64,000 nucleotides of DNA from an uncultured Candidatus Saccharibacteria bacterium (GCA_964357605.1 CAYHLX010000003.1:1579-65578); one strand, 5' to 3'. Numbered from the stretch's first letter, positions 8,447 to 17,848 are shown. Notes: generated by a model not told the origin, from the letters alone. Program-made: numbers and translations.

Positions 8447-9139
8447 GTGAAATTACACAGATTCTATATCCGGGACGGTGTTGGGGGAAAGACCCAAGTG
8501 GTTGTTCACCTGCCCAACTTTATAAATCAAACTAAGAACGTTCTACGGTTGAAAGTGGGGGATACTATAGTTATCTTCGATAATTCGGGGTTTGATTTTA
8601 AGGCTCAAATAGAAAAGTATACTAAAGATAGCGTTACTCTTTCCATTATTGACAAAGTGAGAAACAGTGTCGGTCTAGAGCGTGAAACCTGGCTTTTTGC
8701 CTCCATTGTGAAGAAAGATAAGTTTGAATGGATTATCGAAAAGGCTACAGAGTTGGGAGTTTCTCATATTGTACCGCTTATTTCCTCACGTACCGAGAAA
8801 AAAGAGATCAATAGTGAGCGTCTTTTAAAGATTCTTGTTGAGGCCTCTGAACAGTCAGGTAGGGCGACCATTCCCGTCCTTCACGATGTGCTAACTTTAA
8901 GTAGCGCTATCTCTAAGTATCAAGATGTTAAAGCCATAGCATGGGATCCGGCCGCAGAAAAATTTTCCAGAGACGATCTGAAAGAGGTGATTGGAACATA
9001 TATTGGCCCAGAAGGAGGATGGACTCTAGATGAACTTGAGTTATTTAAAACAAACAAGATTGTTTTGAAATCTCTTGGTCCGCAAGTTTTGAGATCGGAG
9101 ACTGCGGTGGTAGCTACGCTTTCTCAAATTGTTTTCTAA
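8447..9139 (+). CDS. rsmE: 16S rRNA m3U1498 methyltransferase
   Basis: VLRLKVGD, KATELGV, EASEQSGR, IGPEGG, LRSETA. Confidence 0.95.
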   Translation: MKLHRFYIRDGVGGKTQVVVHLPNFINQTKNVLRLKVGDTIVIFDNSGFDFKAQIEKYTKDSVTLSIIDKVRNSVGLERETWLFASIVKKDKFEWIIEKATELGVSHIVPLISSRTEKKEINSERLLKILVEASEQSGRATIPVLHDVLTLSSAISKYQDVKAIAWDPAAEKFSRDDLKEVIGTYIGPEGGWTLDELELFKTNKIVLKSLGPQVLRSETAVVATLSQIVF

Positions 9140-10228
9140 CTATTTTTGCGTCTCTAAAAATTGGAAAATCTTTTCGTTTACGAGGACTGTTTCGGCATAG
9201 ACTGCGGCTCGCTCACGATCGGCGTCTTTGTAGTGCTCTACGATATGGTTCACTTCTTGCTCTATTTCTTTTGGTTCAACTTTAATTTTTTCTTCCTCCC
9301 CAATTTTATTTAAAATGAGTTGAAGTTTAGCTTTTTTTTCAGCGGACGGTCTCCAGTCTTTTCTCAAATCTTCAATGGTCTTCTTGGCATGCTTGGCATA
9401 GTCTTCCATAGTGACTCCCATTCTCGTCATGTCATCAGAAAACTGAGCTTCGATTCTTCTCACTTCTGAATCAATCAAAATTTCCGGAACCTCTATCGCC
9501 GACTCTTCCACAAGTTTGTCGGAGATGGCAATTCTTTTCTTTTCTCTATTTCTGTCAGCCTTATCTTCTTTTAAAGATAATTTTATTTTTTCTTTGAAAT
9601 CGTTCACGTCTTTGAAGTCTCCGAGGCTTTGGACAAAGGTGTCATTGAATTCTGGTAGGGAGGCGTCAGTAGCTTTCTCATGTTCTTCAAGCGACATCTT
9701 GGCATGGTCATGTCCGCTATGATCGGCGCGGGATCTTCTGATTCTTAAAATGGCCTCATCAAGTTCTTTCTCACTGATCTCTACCTCTTCTTCTTTCTTA
9801 CTCATTTCCTCTTTTGAAATCTTTTTGTAATCGGTTAGCTTTATTTCTGGAACAATTGCTGTTGTGATTTTGAATTCTAGTGGGTTGCCTTTAGCAATTT
9901 TGGTGATCTGGATTTCTGGTCGGCCTAGGGCATCTATTTTTTCTGTAATCACAATTTCTGGGTAAGCTTTGGAAAGGGCGAGTTGGGCCATCTCTTCCAA
10001 GATACTCATTTCTCCGACTTTAGCGATGAGAATATTTTCTGGCACTTTGCCTTTTCTGAAGCCATCAATATTCACTTCGTCATTGATATTTTGTAGAGCC
10101 TTATTTCTAAAAGATTCAAAGACGGCTGTTGAAATAACTCCAGTTATCTCTACCTTTGATTTCTCTAGCTTGGTTACCACTACTGATTCATAGGCTTTTC
10201 GCGCCTCTTTTTTTGGCTGTTTATCCAT
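9140..10228 (-). CDS. tig: Trigger factor, short form lacking most of the PPIase domain
   Basis: GFRKGKVP ribosome-binding motif and C-terminal chaperone domain; 362 aa. Confidence 0.92.
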   Translation of the reverse strand: MDKQPKKEARKAYESVVVTKLEKSKVEITGVISTAVFESFRNKALQNINDEVNIDGFRKGKVPENILIAKVGEMSILEEMAQLALSKAYPEIVITEKIDALGRPEIQITKIAKGNPLEFKITTAIVPEIKLTDYKKISKEEMSKKEEEVEISEKELDEAILRIRRSRADHSGHDHAKMSLEEHEKATDASLPEFNDTFVQSLGDFKDVNDFKEKIKLSLKEDKADRNREKKRIAISDKLVEESAIEVPEILIDSEVRRIEAQFSDDMTRMGVTMEDYAKHAKKTIEDLRKDWRPSAEKKAKLQLILNKIGEEEKIKVEPKEIEQEVNHIVEHYKDADRERAAVYAETVLVNEKIFQFLETQK

Positions 10229-10242
10229 TTTGATAAATCTAA

Positions 10243-12225
10243 TTAAACCAAGAACGCCACAATGAGTAGAGCCACAATGTTCAAGATCTTGATCATTGGG
10301 TTGATCGCTGGACCAGCGGTGTCTTTGTAAGGATCACCAACCGTGTCTCCAGTCACAGCGGCCTTGTGGGCGTCAGAACCTTTTCCACCATGATTACCTT
10401 GTTCAATGTGTTTCTTGGCATTGTCCCAAGCTCCTCCTCCAGAGGTCATAGAGATAGCGACGAAGAGACCAGTGACGATAGCACCGACTAACAAACCTCC
10501 GAGAGCCACTGGGCCCAGAACAAATCCCACAATGATCGGAGCGAGAACCGGTATAAGGGCCGGAGCAATCATCTGTTTGATCGCCGCAGAAGTGACGATG
10601 TCTACACATCTCGCATAGTCAGGTTTGGCAGTGCCATTCATGATTCCCTTTATTTCTCTAAACTGACGTCGAACTTCTTCAACGACCTTACCTGCAGCAC
10701 GTCCTACCGCTTCCATACAGAGAGCGGCGAAGTAGTAAGGAAGAAGACCTCCGATAAAGAGACCGATGATAACTTTAGGATTACTTAAGTCAAAAGTGAG
10801 CCCTGGGACAAGGTGAGTATATTCTGCAAAGAGAACGAGAGCTGCTAAACCTGCTGAACCAATCGCATAGCCTTTCGTGACTGCCTTGGTGGTGTTTCCA
10901 ACCGCGTCTAGAGGATCAGTGATGTCTCTGATCTCTTGTGGAAGATGCGCCATTTCCGCAATGCCACCAGCATTGTCGGTAATAGGGCCATAAGCATCAA
11001 TTGCGACAATAATTCCTGCCATGGAGAGCATACTCATTGCGGCGACTGCAATACCGTAGAGACCACCAAAGTAATAAGTAGTTAGAATACCGAGAACGAT
11101 TACTACTAGAGGCCAAGCGGTAGATTTCATAGAAATTGCGAGACCTTGGATGATGTTTGTACCGTGTCCAGAGATACTAGCTTCGGCAATAGACTGTACA
11201 GGGCGATATTTAGTAGAAGTGTAGTATTCAGTGATGAAGACTAGAAGACCAGTGATCACTAGACCAACAAGAGCACAAATAAATAAATCATCGGCTGGGA
11301 AGAGACCGTTATCACCCATGAGCCATCGAGTGACAGGGAAGAAGGCAATAGCAGAGAGAACTCCGGCCGCAATCAAGCCTTTGTACATGGCACCCATGAT
11401 ATCCTTTTTCTTTCCGAGCTTTACAAACCAAGTACCAATAATAGAAGCGATGATGGCAATTCCACCAAGAGCGAGAGGGTAAAGAACAGCCCCATCAAAT
11501 CCCTTAAAGAGAGTAGCACCGAGCATCATGGCGGCGATAGTTGTCACGGCATAAGTTTCAAAGAGGTCCGCGGCCATCCCTGCACAGTCTCCCACGTTGT
11601 CTCCAACATTATCAGCAATCACACCAGGGTTTCTCGGGTCATCTTCTGGAATACCCGCTTCAACTTTTCCAACGAGATCAGTTCCCACATCAGCCGCTTT
11701 GGTAAAGATTCCACCACCGAGACGAGCGAAAACAGAAATAAGACTTGAGCCGAAAGCGAGACCAATGAGAGAAGTCACTTCACCTGTAACTGCGTAGAAA
11801 ACTGTGACTCCTAGAAGGGCCAAACCAACTACAAAGAGTCCGGTCACCGCCCCTCCTTTGAAAGCGAGAGAGAGTGCCGCTCCCAAACCTTCTTTGGCGG
11901 CTTCGGTGGTGCGGATATTGCTTCTTACAGAAACGTTCATACCGATGTATCCAGCCAGAGCTGAGAGTACGGCTCCGATGACGAATCCTACCGCAAGAGT
12001 GATACCCAGGAAGTACCATAGAATGAAGAAAAGAATAATGGCGATAATGCCAATCGTCTTGTACTGGCGATTGAGATAAGCCTTGGCACCTTGTTGGATA
12101 GCCAGAGCGATTTCTTTCATCTTGTCGTTACCGGTCGGTTTCTTCATAATAGAAGAAATGAGGAAAGCTCCATAAACTAGTGCGATAAGGGAACTTATGA
12201 GGGCAAACACGATATATGGGTTCAT
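10243..12225 (-). CDS. hppA: Membrane-bound H+-translocating pyrophosphatase, predicted K+-independent type
   Basis: [45 protein letters not shown]. Lys in GNTTKA is the K+-independence signature. Confidence 0.95.
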   Translation of the reverse strand: MNPYIVFALISSLIALVYGAFLISSIMKKPTGNDKMKEIALAIQQGAKAYLNRQYKTIGIIAIILFFILWYFLGITLAVGFVIGAVLSALAGYIGMNVSVRSNIRTTEAAKEGLGAALSLAFKGGAVTGLFVVGLALLGVTVFYAVTGEVTSLIGLAFGSSLISVFARLGGGIFTKAADVGTDLVGKVEAGIPEDDPRNPGVIADNVGDNVGDCAGMAADLFETYAVTTIAAMMLGATLFKGFDGAVLYPLALGGIAIIASIIGTWFVKLGKKKDIMGAMYKGLIAAGVLSAIAFFPVTRWLMGDNGLFPADDLFICALVGLVITGLLVFITEYYTSTKYRPVQSIAEASISGHGTNIIQGLAISMKSTAWPLVVIVLGILTTYYFGGLYGIAVAAMSMLSMAGIIVAIDAYGPITDNAGGIAEMAHLPQEIRDITDPLDAVGNTTKAVTKGYAIGSAGLAALVLFAEYTHLVPGLTFDLSNPKVIIGLFIGGLLPYYFAALCMEAVGRAAGKVVEEVRRQFREIKGIMNGTAKPDYARCVDIVTSAAIKQMIAPALIPVLAPIIVGFVLGPVALGGLLVGAIVTGLFVAISMTSGGGAWDNAKKHIEQGNHGGKGSDAHKAAVTGDTVGDPYKDTAGPAINPMIKILNIVALLIVAFLV

Positions 12226-12349
12226 AAATGATGATTAAATTCTACTATTAATAATTTTTGGCAATGCGCACAATATAATAGAAAAGAGCGAAATAAGCAA
12301 GAAATACAGGCCTATTTCGCTCTCTTCTTTTACGGTTTAGTCTTTGTGA

Positions 12350-12673
12350 TTAGAAACTGTAATCTACGTCTTGCAATTGAGCCTCAAGTTCAGCTGAAAG
12401 GGAATCTACATCATCTGCACTCGTTGCGGGAGCTGAGTTTTGTGAAGCAGTAACTGCACTTGTTTGTTCGGTTGAGGTAATTGTTTCTACTGGTAGAGTG
12501 TCGTCCGTATTTAATTTTTTACCGAAGAAATAGAAGGCCGCCACTATGAGAATGATTATGATAATAAATATACCGATAATTGGTCCAACTTTTTTTTCTG
12601 GTTTACTATTATCTGGTGTAATTGGGGGCATACCATTCATCATGCCACTAGAGTTTTGAGTATTTATATCCAT
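12350..12673 (-). CDS. Small single-TM hypothetical protein
   Basis: One TM helix, Ser/Thr-rich linker, acidic C-terminal helix. Confidence 0.75.
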   Translation of the reverse strand: MDINTQNSSGMMNGMPPITPDNSKPEKKVGPIIGIFIIIIILIVAAFYFFGKKLNTDDTLPVETITSTEQTSAVTASQNSAPATSADDVDSLSAELEAQLQDVDYSF

Positions 12674-12694
12674 ATTAATGTTTTTATATTAATT

Positions 12695-13414
12695 TTAATT
12701 ATTTGTTGTGGTCGCATTCCTTAGTTCCATTCCACGAGCGATGGCTACGACGACTTTATGCATGGCATCTCGTGCCGCTTTCACACTTTTTATTGCGGCA
12801 TCACCAAGAGTTCTTGGTTTTGTGAGCTCTACTTCAGCGGTAGTACTAGCGGTTGTATTTGTTGAAGAAGTGATGTTTAGAGCTTCAAAAGCAGCAACTT
12901 CTACCTTGGCTGTCGCTAACAAATTCTGAGCCTCTATAAAAAGGGTTTTGGCCTGAGTCATATCTTTACCACTTGTTTCCGCCTTGGTAATACGTGATTG
13001 AATTCGGATCGCAATGTTGTCTAGGTTTTTTATAGCGATGGAAAGTTCTTTGGTCAAAGCCTTTTTTCTGGTCTCAAAAACCTTGGTTTGCATTGTTTTA
13101 GCCAGCTTCTCCTTGTTTTCTTTATTTTCCCTGTTTTCTTGTGTTCTCTTGAAGATCATTCGATCTGGTGTGCTGGTCGCTTTTAAGAGCTTGGCTTTTT
13201 CATCCCTAAGCATCGGAGAACTGCTTGAGTTTTTTCTAGCTATGTCTACGTTTCGTATCTCCCGATTTTTCTCAAGACGATTCTCCATATTAACTTTTAT
13301 TTTTTCTGCTATAGGAGGTTTTTTATTTTCTTCTGCTCTAGCTGAGGAGGTACTAACTAGCATAAAAGAAAGAATGAGTATTGTGACGATAAACTTATTT
13401 GTTTTTATTTTCAT
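12695..13414 (-). CDS. Secreted coiled-coil hypothetical protein
   Basis: Signal peptide (ARA-EE) and a long charged alpha-helical region. Confidence 0.75.
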   Translation of the reverse strand: MKIKTNKFIVTILILSFMLVSTSSARAEENKKPPIAEKIKVNMENRLEKNREIRNVDIARKNSSSSPMLRDEKAKLLKATSTPDRMIFKRTQENRENKENKEKLAKTMQTKVFETRKKALTKELSIAIKNLDNIAIRIQSRITKAETSGKDMTQAKTLFIEAQNLLATAKVEVAAFEALNITSSTNTTASTTAEVELTKPRTLGDAAIKSVKAARDAMHKVVVAIARGMELRNATTTNN

Positions 13415-13444
13415 AGTTATTTATTTTTTAATAATGCCATACTA

Positions 13445-14587
13445 TTATATATCAGATTCTTCTACAGTTGTACTACCCGTGTCTACTGATTGGATATCAA
13501 TCTTCCAGCCTGTAAGTTTGGCTGCTAGTCTCACGTTTTGACCGCCTTTGCCAATCGCTAGAGATTGTTGATCCACAGAAACCTTGACGATAGCCCGCAT
13601 TTCTTCTTTGTGTAAAACTATACTGACTACTTTTGCCGGAGAAAGTGCTTCCTCTATGAACTTGGCTGGATCTTCATGCCATTCGATAATGTCTATTTTT
13701 TCTCCTCCAAGCTCACTCATAACGGTAGAAACACGGACACCTCTCTGTCCCACTAGGGAACCGATAGGGTCAATGTGTGAATCTACAGAATGGACTGCGA
13801 TCTTTGAGCGAGCACCAGCTTCACGGGCGATGGCTTTCACCTGTACTACTCCTTGAGCAATTTCGGGAGCTTCTACTTCAAAAAGTTTGGCCAAAAACTT
13901 GGGGTGTGAACGAGAGATTTTGAGTAAAATACCTTTTGGTGTTTCTTCTACGGCGTAGAGATAGGCTCTAATTCTTTCTCCTTGTTTGTAATGCTCACTA
14001 GGAATCTGTTCTTCGTAGGGAATGACACCCACCGCTCGTCCCATGTCTATGAAAAGGGCTCCTCTTTCTATGCGTTGGACGGTACCAGAGACGATCTCTC
14101 CTTCTTTTTCTCCATATTCGTTCAAGACTGAAGTCTTCTCTGCTTCACGAATCTTCTGGATGATGACTTGCTTGGCTGTTTGGGCGGCAATTCTTCCATA
14201 GTTATCTTTGAGTTCCAGAGGGAACACGATCTCATCGTCTACTTTGGCATCTTTCTTGATCTTTTTGGCATCGGCAAGAAGGATATGGTGTTCAGGGTTA
14301 AATCTTACTCTGATATTTTCTTCATCTATGGTTTTTAGATCCTCCTCTTCCTCCTCATCTTCCATGATGACTTTTGTTTCATCGACAACGATTTTCACCT
14401 GGTAAAATTCTACTTTTCCACTGTTTTGGTCAAAAATAGCTCTCACGATCTGGCCTTTTTTGCCATATTCTTTTTTGTAAGCGGTGGCTAGGGCAAGTTC
14501 AATAGCCTCTAGCATTTTTTCCTTTGGAATTCCTCGCTCCTGTTCTAGTTGTTCTAGGACAGAATGTATAACTTTGAGATCAAACAT
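13445..14587 (-). CDS. nusA: Transcription termination/antitermination factor NusA
   Basis: GRIAAQTAKQ, S1 domain, AREAGARSKIAV, LAIGKGGQNVRLAAKLTGWKIDI. Confidence 0.98.
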   Translation of the reverse strand: MFDLKVIHSVLEQLEQERGIPKEKMLEAIELALATAYKKEYGKKGQIVRAIFDQNSGKVEFYQVKIVVDETKVIMEDEEEEEDLKTIDEENIRVRFNPEHHILLADAKKIKKDAKVDDEIVFPLELKDNYGRIAAQTAKQVIIQKIREAEKTSVLNEYGEKEGEIVSGTVQRIERGALFIDMGRAVGVIPYEEQIPSEHYKQGERIRAYLYAVEETPKGILLKISRSHPKFLAKLFEVEAPEIAQGVVQVKAIAREAGARSKIAVHSVDSHIDPIGSLVGQRGVRVSTVMSELGGEKIDIIEWHEDPAKFIEEALSPAKVVSIVLHKEEMRAIVKVSVDQQSLAIGKGGQNVRLAAKLTGWKIDIQSVDTGSTTVEESDI

Positions 14588-14607
14588 GATGGTGTATGTG
14601 ATTTTTT

Positions 14608-14656
14608 AATAAAAAATGTTCGCTTTCGGCGAACTTCAGATAAGGAGAGTATAGCA
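14608..14656 (-). promoter_or_regulatory. nusA promoter (extended -10) and leader terminator-like hairpin
   Basis: TGcTATACT (14648-14656), then GTTCGC-CGAAA-GCGAAC followed by ATTTTTTATT before the ATG. Confidence 0.55.
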
Positions 14657-14678
14657 GAAAGGGAGGGAAATGGAAGAC

Positions 14679-14708
14679 TTGACAAAACAGGTAAATGAGG
14701 TGTATAAT
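14679..14708 (+). promoter_or_regulatory. Consensus sigma70 promoter of the DGR-target-like gene
   Basis: TTGACA-18-TATAAT. Confidence 0.75.
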
Positions 14709-14887
14709 ATATGTCAGCATATAAGGCTCTTTTAAACAACCTGATAACTGTATGGCTGTGAAATAAAGCTTGCATTAGTTAATATAATGCTGGTTTTGCT
14801 TCGCAGCCATGCCGTCAACCTGAAGTCGAGTATATTCACATGTTGTGAACCTCAAGCCTAAGGCCAGCGTCTGGTGCGAAAACAAAC

Positions 14888-15565
14888 ATGAGTAAAGAAA
14901 ATGAAAAAATAAGTCCTGGTCAATGTCATACCATTGGCGGACAGGTCTCGGACCGTCTTTTCAAATCCAATGCGAACTTTGAGATAGCCCAGGACGTATC
15001 GGAGGTTCGGAGCCATCCGTTCTGGGCGGAGTTCGATGGTCTGGTCCAGAAGTTTCTCGTCGTCGCGGAAGTAGTAAAGGCAACCATAATCGAATGGCTC
15101 GGCGACCTAGTCATCCCTGCCCAAGGTCAGTTCGAAGTTGCCACCCACTTCACCAAGACGAATCCCAATGGAGTGCAGTTCTGGGATTTTGGTCCCAACT
15201 TTATTTCCTGGTTCATGCCGATGACCGAAAAAGGAGTCGGCGAAACCAAAGTTGCCCTCGGAAAACTCCGAGTCAAAGCCAACTTTTCCGAAATGACTCC
15301 CGAGCTTGGCACTTCACGGGTCGTGACCACCTCGCAGATCTATTGGATGATCTGCCAACAGCCAAATGGTGAAAAACCAGATGGCAAAAAACGGCGCCTC
15401 GCTGTTGATGGATCAGTCACTATACTTCGCGCTCTTGATAAGGATGGAAAAGAACGTGCCGTGGGCGTGTACTGGGACGATGGCGGCGGCTGGCGCGTCT
15501 TTGCCAGCGGTCTCGAGTACGAGCGCCAGTGGAATGCTGGCCATCTGGTTGTTTCCAGCAAGTAG
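14888..15565 (+). CDS. Hypothetical protein with a C-terminal DGR variable-region-like segment
   Basis: C-terminus RAVGVYWDDGGGWRVFASGLEYERQWNAGHLVVSSK fits the V-x-V-x-W...W-x-V-x-A...W-x-x-G-x-x-V-x-S pattern of CPR DGR targets. Many variable-position codons are NNC/NNT. Confidence 0.7.
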   Translation: MSKENEKISPGQCHTIGGQVSDRLFKSNANFEIAQDVSEVRSHPFWAEFDGLVQKFLVVAEVVKATIIEWLGDLVIPAQGQFEVATHFTKTNPNGVQFWDFGPNFISWFMPMTEKGVGETKVALGKLRVKANFSEMTPELGTSRVVTTSQIYWMICQQPNGEKPDGKKRRLAVDGSVTILRALDKDGKERAVGVYWDDGGGWRVFASGLEYERQWNAGHLVVSSK

Positions 15566-15627
15566 ATCCTTTGTCTCTTTGTACCTTGCGTACTTTGACA
15601 CTTGGACCCTTTGGCCCTCTGAAACTG
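15566..15627 (+). repeat. Degenerate 7-9 nt pyrimidine-rich tandem units (about YCTTTG)
   Basis: atcctttg-tctctttg-taccttg-cgtactttg-acacttg-gaccctttg-gccctctg directly after the stop codon. Confidence 0.55.
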
Positions 15628-15653
15628 AATAAGTGGAAGGGGGTCATTTTTTT
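15612..15653 (+). terminator. Intrinsic terminator
   Basis: TGGCCCTCT/AGGGGGTCA stem followed by T7. Confidence 0.55.
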
Positions 15654-15658
15654 ATAAC

Positions 15659-15683
15659 TTGATATTCCAATTTGGAATATCAA
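15659..15683. repeat. Perfect 25-bp palindrome with 12-bp arms
   Basis: TTGATATTCCAA-T-TTGGAATATCAA. Confidence 0.85.
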
Positions 15684-15804
15684 AAAACCCGCTTTTAAGC
15701 GGATTTTTTGCGAAGTATACCTTCATGATTGGCTTCTCCCTCGTCAGTAATAATAGCTTACTAGATATGATTTTAAAAGTCAATAATATAATCACTTTAC
15801 CTTG

Positions 15805-15874
15805 TGGAGGTGACGGGGATCGAACCCGCAAGCTTCTCCTGACGAGGAAGAAGCTCCAACCATTTGGCACCCCC
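15805..15874 (-). ncRNA. Non-canonical tRNA-like RNA: Ala-type G3.U70 acceptor, aberrant D arm, CGT in a 7-nt loop
   Basis: GGGGGTG CCAA ATGG TTGG AGCTTCTTC CTCGTCA GGAGAAGCT T GCGGG TTCGATC CCCGT CACCTCC A. Confidence 0.75.
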
Positions 15875-15902
15875 ACAGGGGAAAATAATCATCTACTGGT
15901 TG

Positions 15903-15960
15903 ACTATAGCAAACTGAAATGAAGACAAAATAAAAAAGTTCTCAAATTTTGATAAAATCC
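15903..15960 (-). promoter_or_regulatory. Shared promoter/operator motif, copy C, upstream of the tRNA-like RNA
   Basis: ATTTTATCAAAATTT..TCTTCAT..TGcTATAGT at nearly the same spacing as copies A and B. Confidence 0.65.
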
Positions 15961-16014
15961 GTGGTTGCACAATAGAAATTTATCTTGCCGCAAGATACGA
16001 AAGTGTTTTCTAAT

Positions 16015-16713
16015 CTAATATTGAGCTATGTACCTCCCAAGAATCCGTAAAGGGTTGATTAGAGGAACCCCAATATCTTGCAATTCATTCTCACATAGGC
16101 CTAACTCTGTACAACCTAAAAGTACTGAACATGAATCAGTAAGATTTTTCTTTTTTATAAAATTACGAAGTGATTTTACTAACGAAGTCTTTTTGCCAGC
16201 TTTAATATCATAAATAATTTTCATTATTTTCTTCTGTTCAATAATATTTGGCAAAATATAAGATATTCTATTTTTAGTAAATGTTGCAGTAAAAACTTTT
16301 TCTTTAATACTTCCATCTGTGGCTAGAATAATTATTGGTTGGGATAATTGTCTGTTAGTAATTTCATCAACAGTCAATTTGACCATATCTATGAGTGGCT
16401 TGGAAAGTTGTGATTGTATCTCTCTAAATCGAGCATGGGCTGTGGAGCAGGGCATACACAAGACTGTAGCACCAGATTCGATCAGTTTTTTCCCGGTAGC
16501 TACCACTTCTTTAATAAAGCTTTCTCCTCCATTCTCAAGAAGCGACAGTGTTCTGTCGGGAATCTGGGGATTGTTGTGGATGATGACTTGAATATGGTCC
16601 TGATCTCGCCTTGCAGGAGTGTATTCAAGAATGAATCTTTGGAGTTCAATAGTCGCCAAAGGTCCCATTCCTCCAATAATTCCTACCACTTTTTTATTTT
16701 TTGATGTAGGCAT
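16015..16713 (-). CDS. Aspartate/glutamate racemase family (PLP-independent, two Cys)
   Basis: GIIGGMGPLAT, PCSTAH, LGCTEL. Likely start is the ATG at 16713. Confidence 0.93.
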   Translation of the reverse strand: MPTSKNKKVVGIIGGMGPLATIELQRFILEYTPARRDQDHIQVIIHNNPQIPDRTLSLLENGGESFIKEVVATGKKLIESGATVLCMPCSTAHARFREIQSQLSKPLIDMVKLTVDEITNRQLSQPIIILATDGSIKEKVFTATFTKNRISYILPNIIEQKKIMKIIYDIKAGKKTSLVKSLRNFIKKKNLTDSCSVLLGCTELGLCENELQDIGVPLINPLRILGRYIAQY

Positions 16714-17767
16714 ATTTTTTAAGTAACTCGACCACTCTCTTTTTTGGGATTTCCTCCAAGACTGTGCCACCTCTCCCTTTCATAGTTTTTGCAGAAAAAA
16801 GAGCATCGTATATAGATTCTTCAGTAGCTTCGATTGTAGCTAAGAAAAACGGATTGAGTTCCTCATCTTTGAGGCATTGCCCAATATTTCCCGATCCTTC
16901 CAGGCCATTTCGATTTGTGCTGAAGGCAATTGAATAATCACCACTTGCGTGAGTTGCGATACTTCCCGTGCGCACAATACCCAAAAACGCACGTTCGGCT
17001 ATTCTTTTGAGTTGACGAGATGTAAGAGGTGCATCTGTGGCTACGACGATCATACATGAACCATCTGGAGTATGTGGAAGAAAAGTTGAAAAATCATTTT
17101 TTCCTAGAATTTCTCCAACTGGTACACCCAAGATAGTCAATGAGCCGCCATAATTAGTCTGAACCAGGACACCAATTGTGTATATCTTACTTTTCATTTT
17201 TACGATTCTCGATGCTGTGCCAATACCACCTTTCCATGAAAAAGCTCGTGCCCCAGTACCACCACCAACATTTCCAAGGGTAAAGTCTATTGAACGTGAA
17301 GTGTATGCTTTTAAAACATCTTTTGCCGAGATACTATTTTTGTGAATGTTGTTTAAACGACCATCATTGATATCACCCACAACCGCATTGATGCTGTCCA
17401 TAGGACCAAGATCTCTTGTTTCTTTTGCTACGAAATCAGCTACAGCCCGCATTACAGGACCTACTGACCGACTACTTGTGAGGGCGATTGGTGTTTCGAG
17501 AGTACCAAGTTCTTCAATTTGACTGATACCAACTATTTTGCCGTAACCATTGCCTACAAAGATTGCTACGGGAACTTTCTTTCGAAAAAGATTATTAATT
17601 CCAGGATCAATTATTGTCACGCCAGTACGTACATCTGACCCTATGATTTTGGTTGTATGGCCGACGGTCACTCCAGGCACGTCACTAATGCTTCGTCGTC
17701 GACCAGGAGGAAATAGACCTACCTTGAAGCCGTATGTGTGGAATCTTTGTGAATTTTTTTTGATCAT
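16694..17767 (-). CDS. DmpA/BapA-family (P1/S58) self-cleaving aminopeptidase
   Basis: ISDVPGVTVGH, NGYGK, GNVGGGTG, KGGIGTAS, and DG|SCMIVVATDAP autoproteolytic site. Confidence 0.93.
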   Translation of the reverse strand: MIKKNSQRFHTYGFKVGLFPPGRRRSISDVPGVTVGHTTKIIGSDVRTGVTIIDPGINNLFRKKVPVAIFVGNGYGKIVGISQIEELGTLETPIALTSSRSVGPVMRAVADFVAKETRDLGPMDSINAVVGDINDGRLNNIHKNSISAKDVLKAYTSRSIDFTLGNVGGGTGARAFSWKGGIGTASRIVKMKSKIYTIGVLVQTNYGGSLTILGVPVGEILGKNDFSTFLPHTPDGSCMIVVATDAPLTSRQLKRIAERAFLGIVRTGSIATHASGDYSIAFSTNRNGLEGSGNIGQCLKDEELNPFFLATIEATEESIYDALFSAKTMKGRGGTVLEEIPKKRVVELLKKYAYIKK

Positions 17768-17848
17768 ATATTTTTTATAAAAAGCTGGCGACGGTTTTAA
17801 GGTCTGCCAGCGTGCAGACTAACTCCTAACTTTTATTATTCCCATTGG

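Noticed and set aside
10225-10238. Partial match ATTTATCAAAAT to the shared operator at the tig start
   Set aside because: It overlaps the start codon and lacks the TCTTCAT and -10 elements at the right spacing, so it is likely chance in AT-rich DNA.
15805-15874. Calling this a standard tRNA-Thr/Ala, a full tmRNA, or an att-site duplication
   Set aside because: It has no canonical D arm, no mRNA-like domain or tmRNA TTCGAC/GAC motifs, both acceptor strands are present, and no integrase is nearby.
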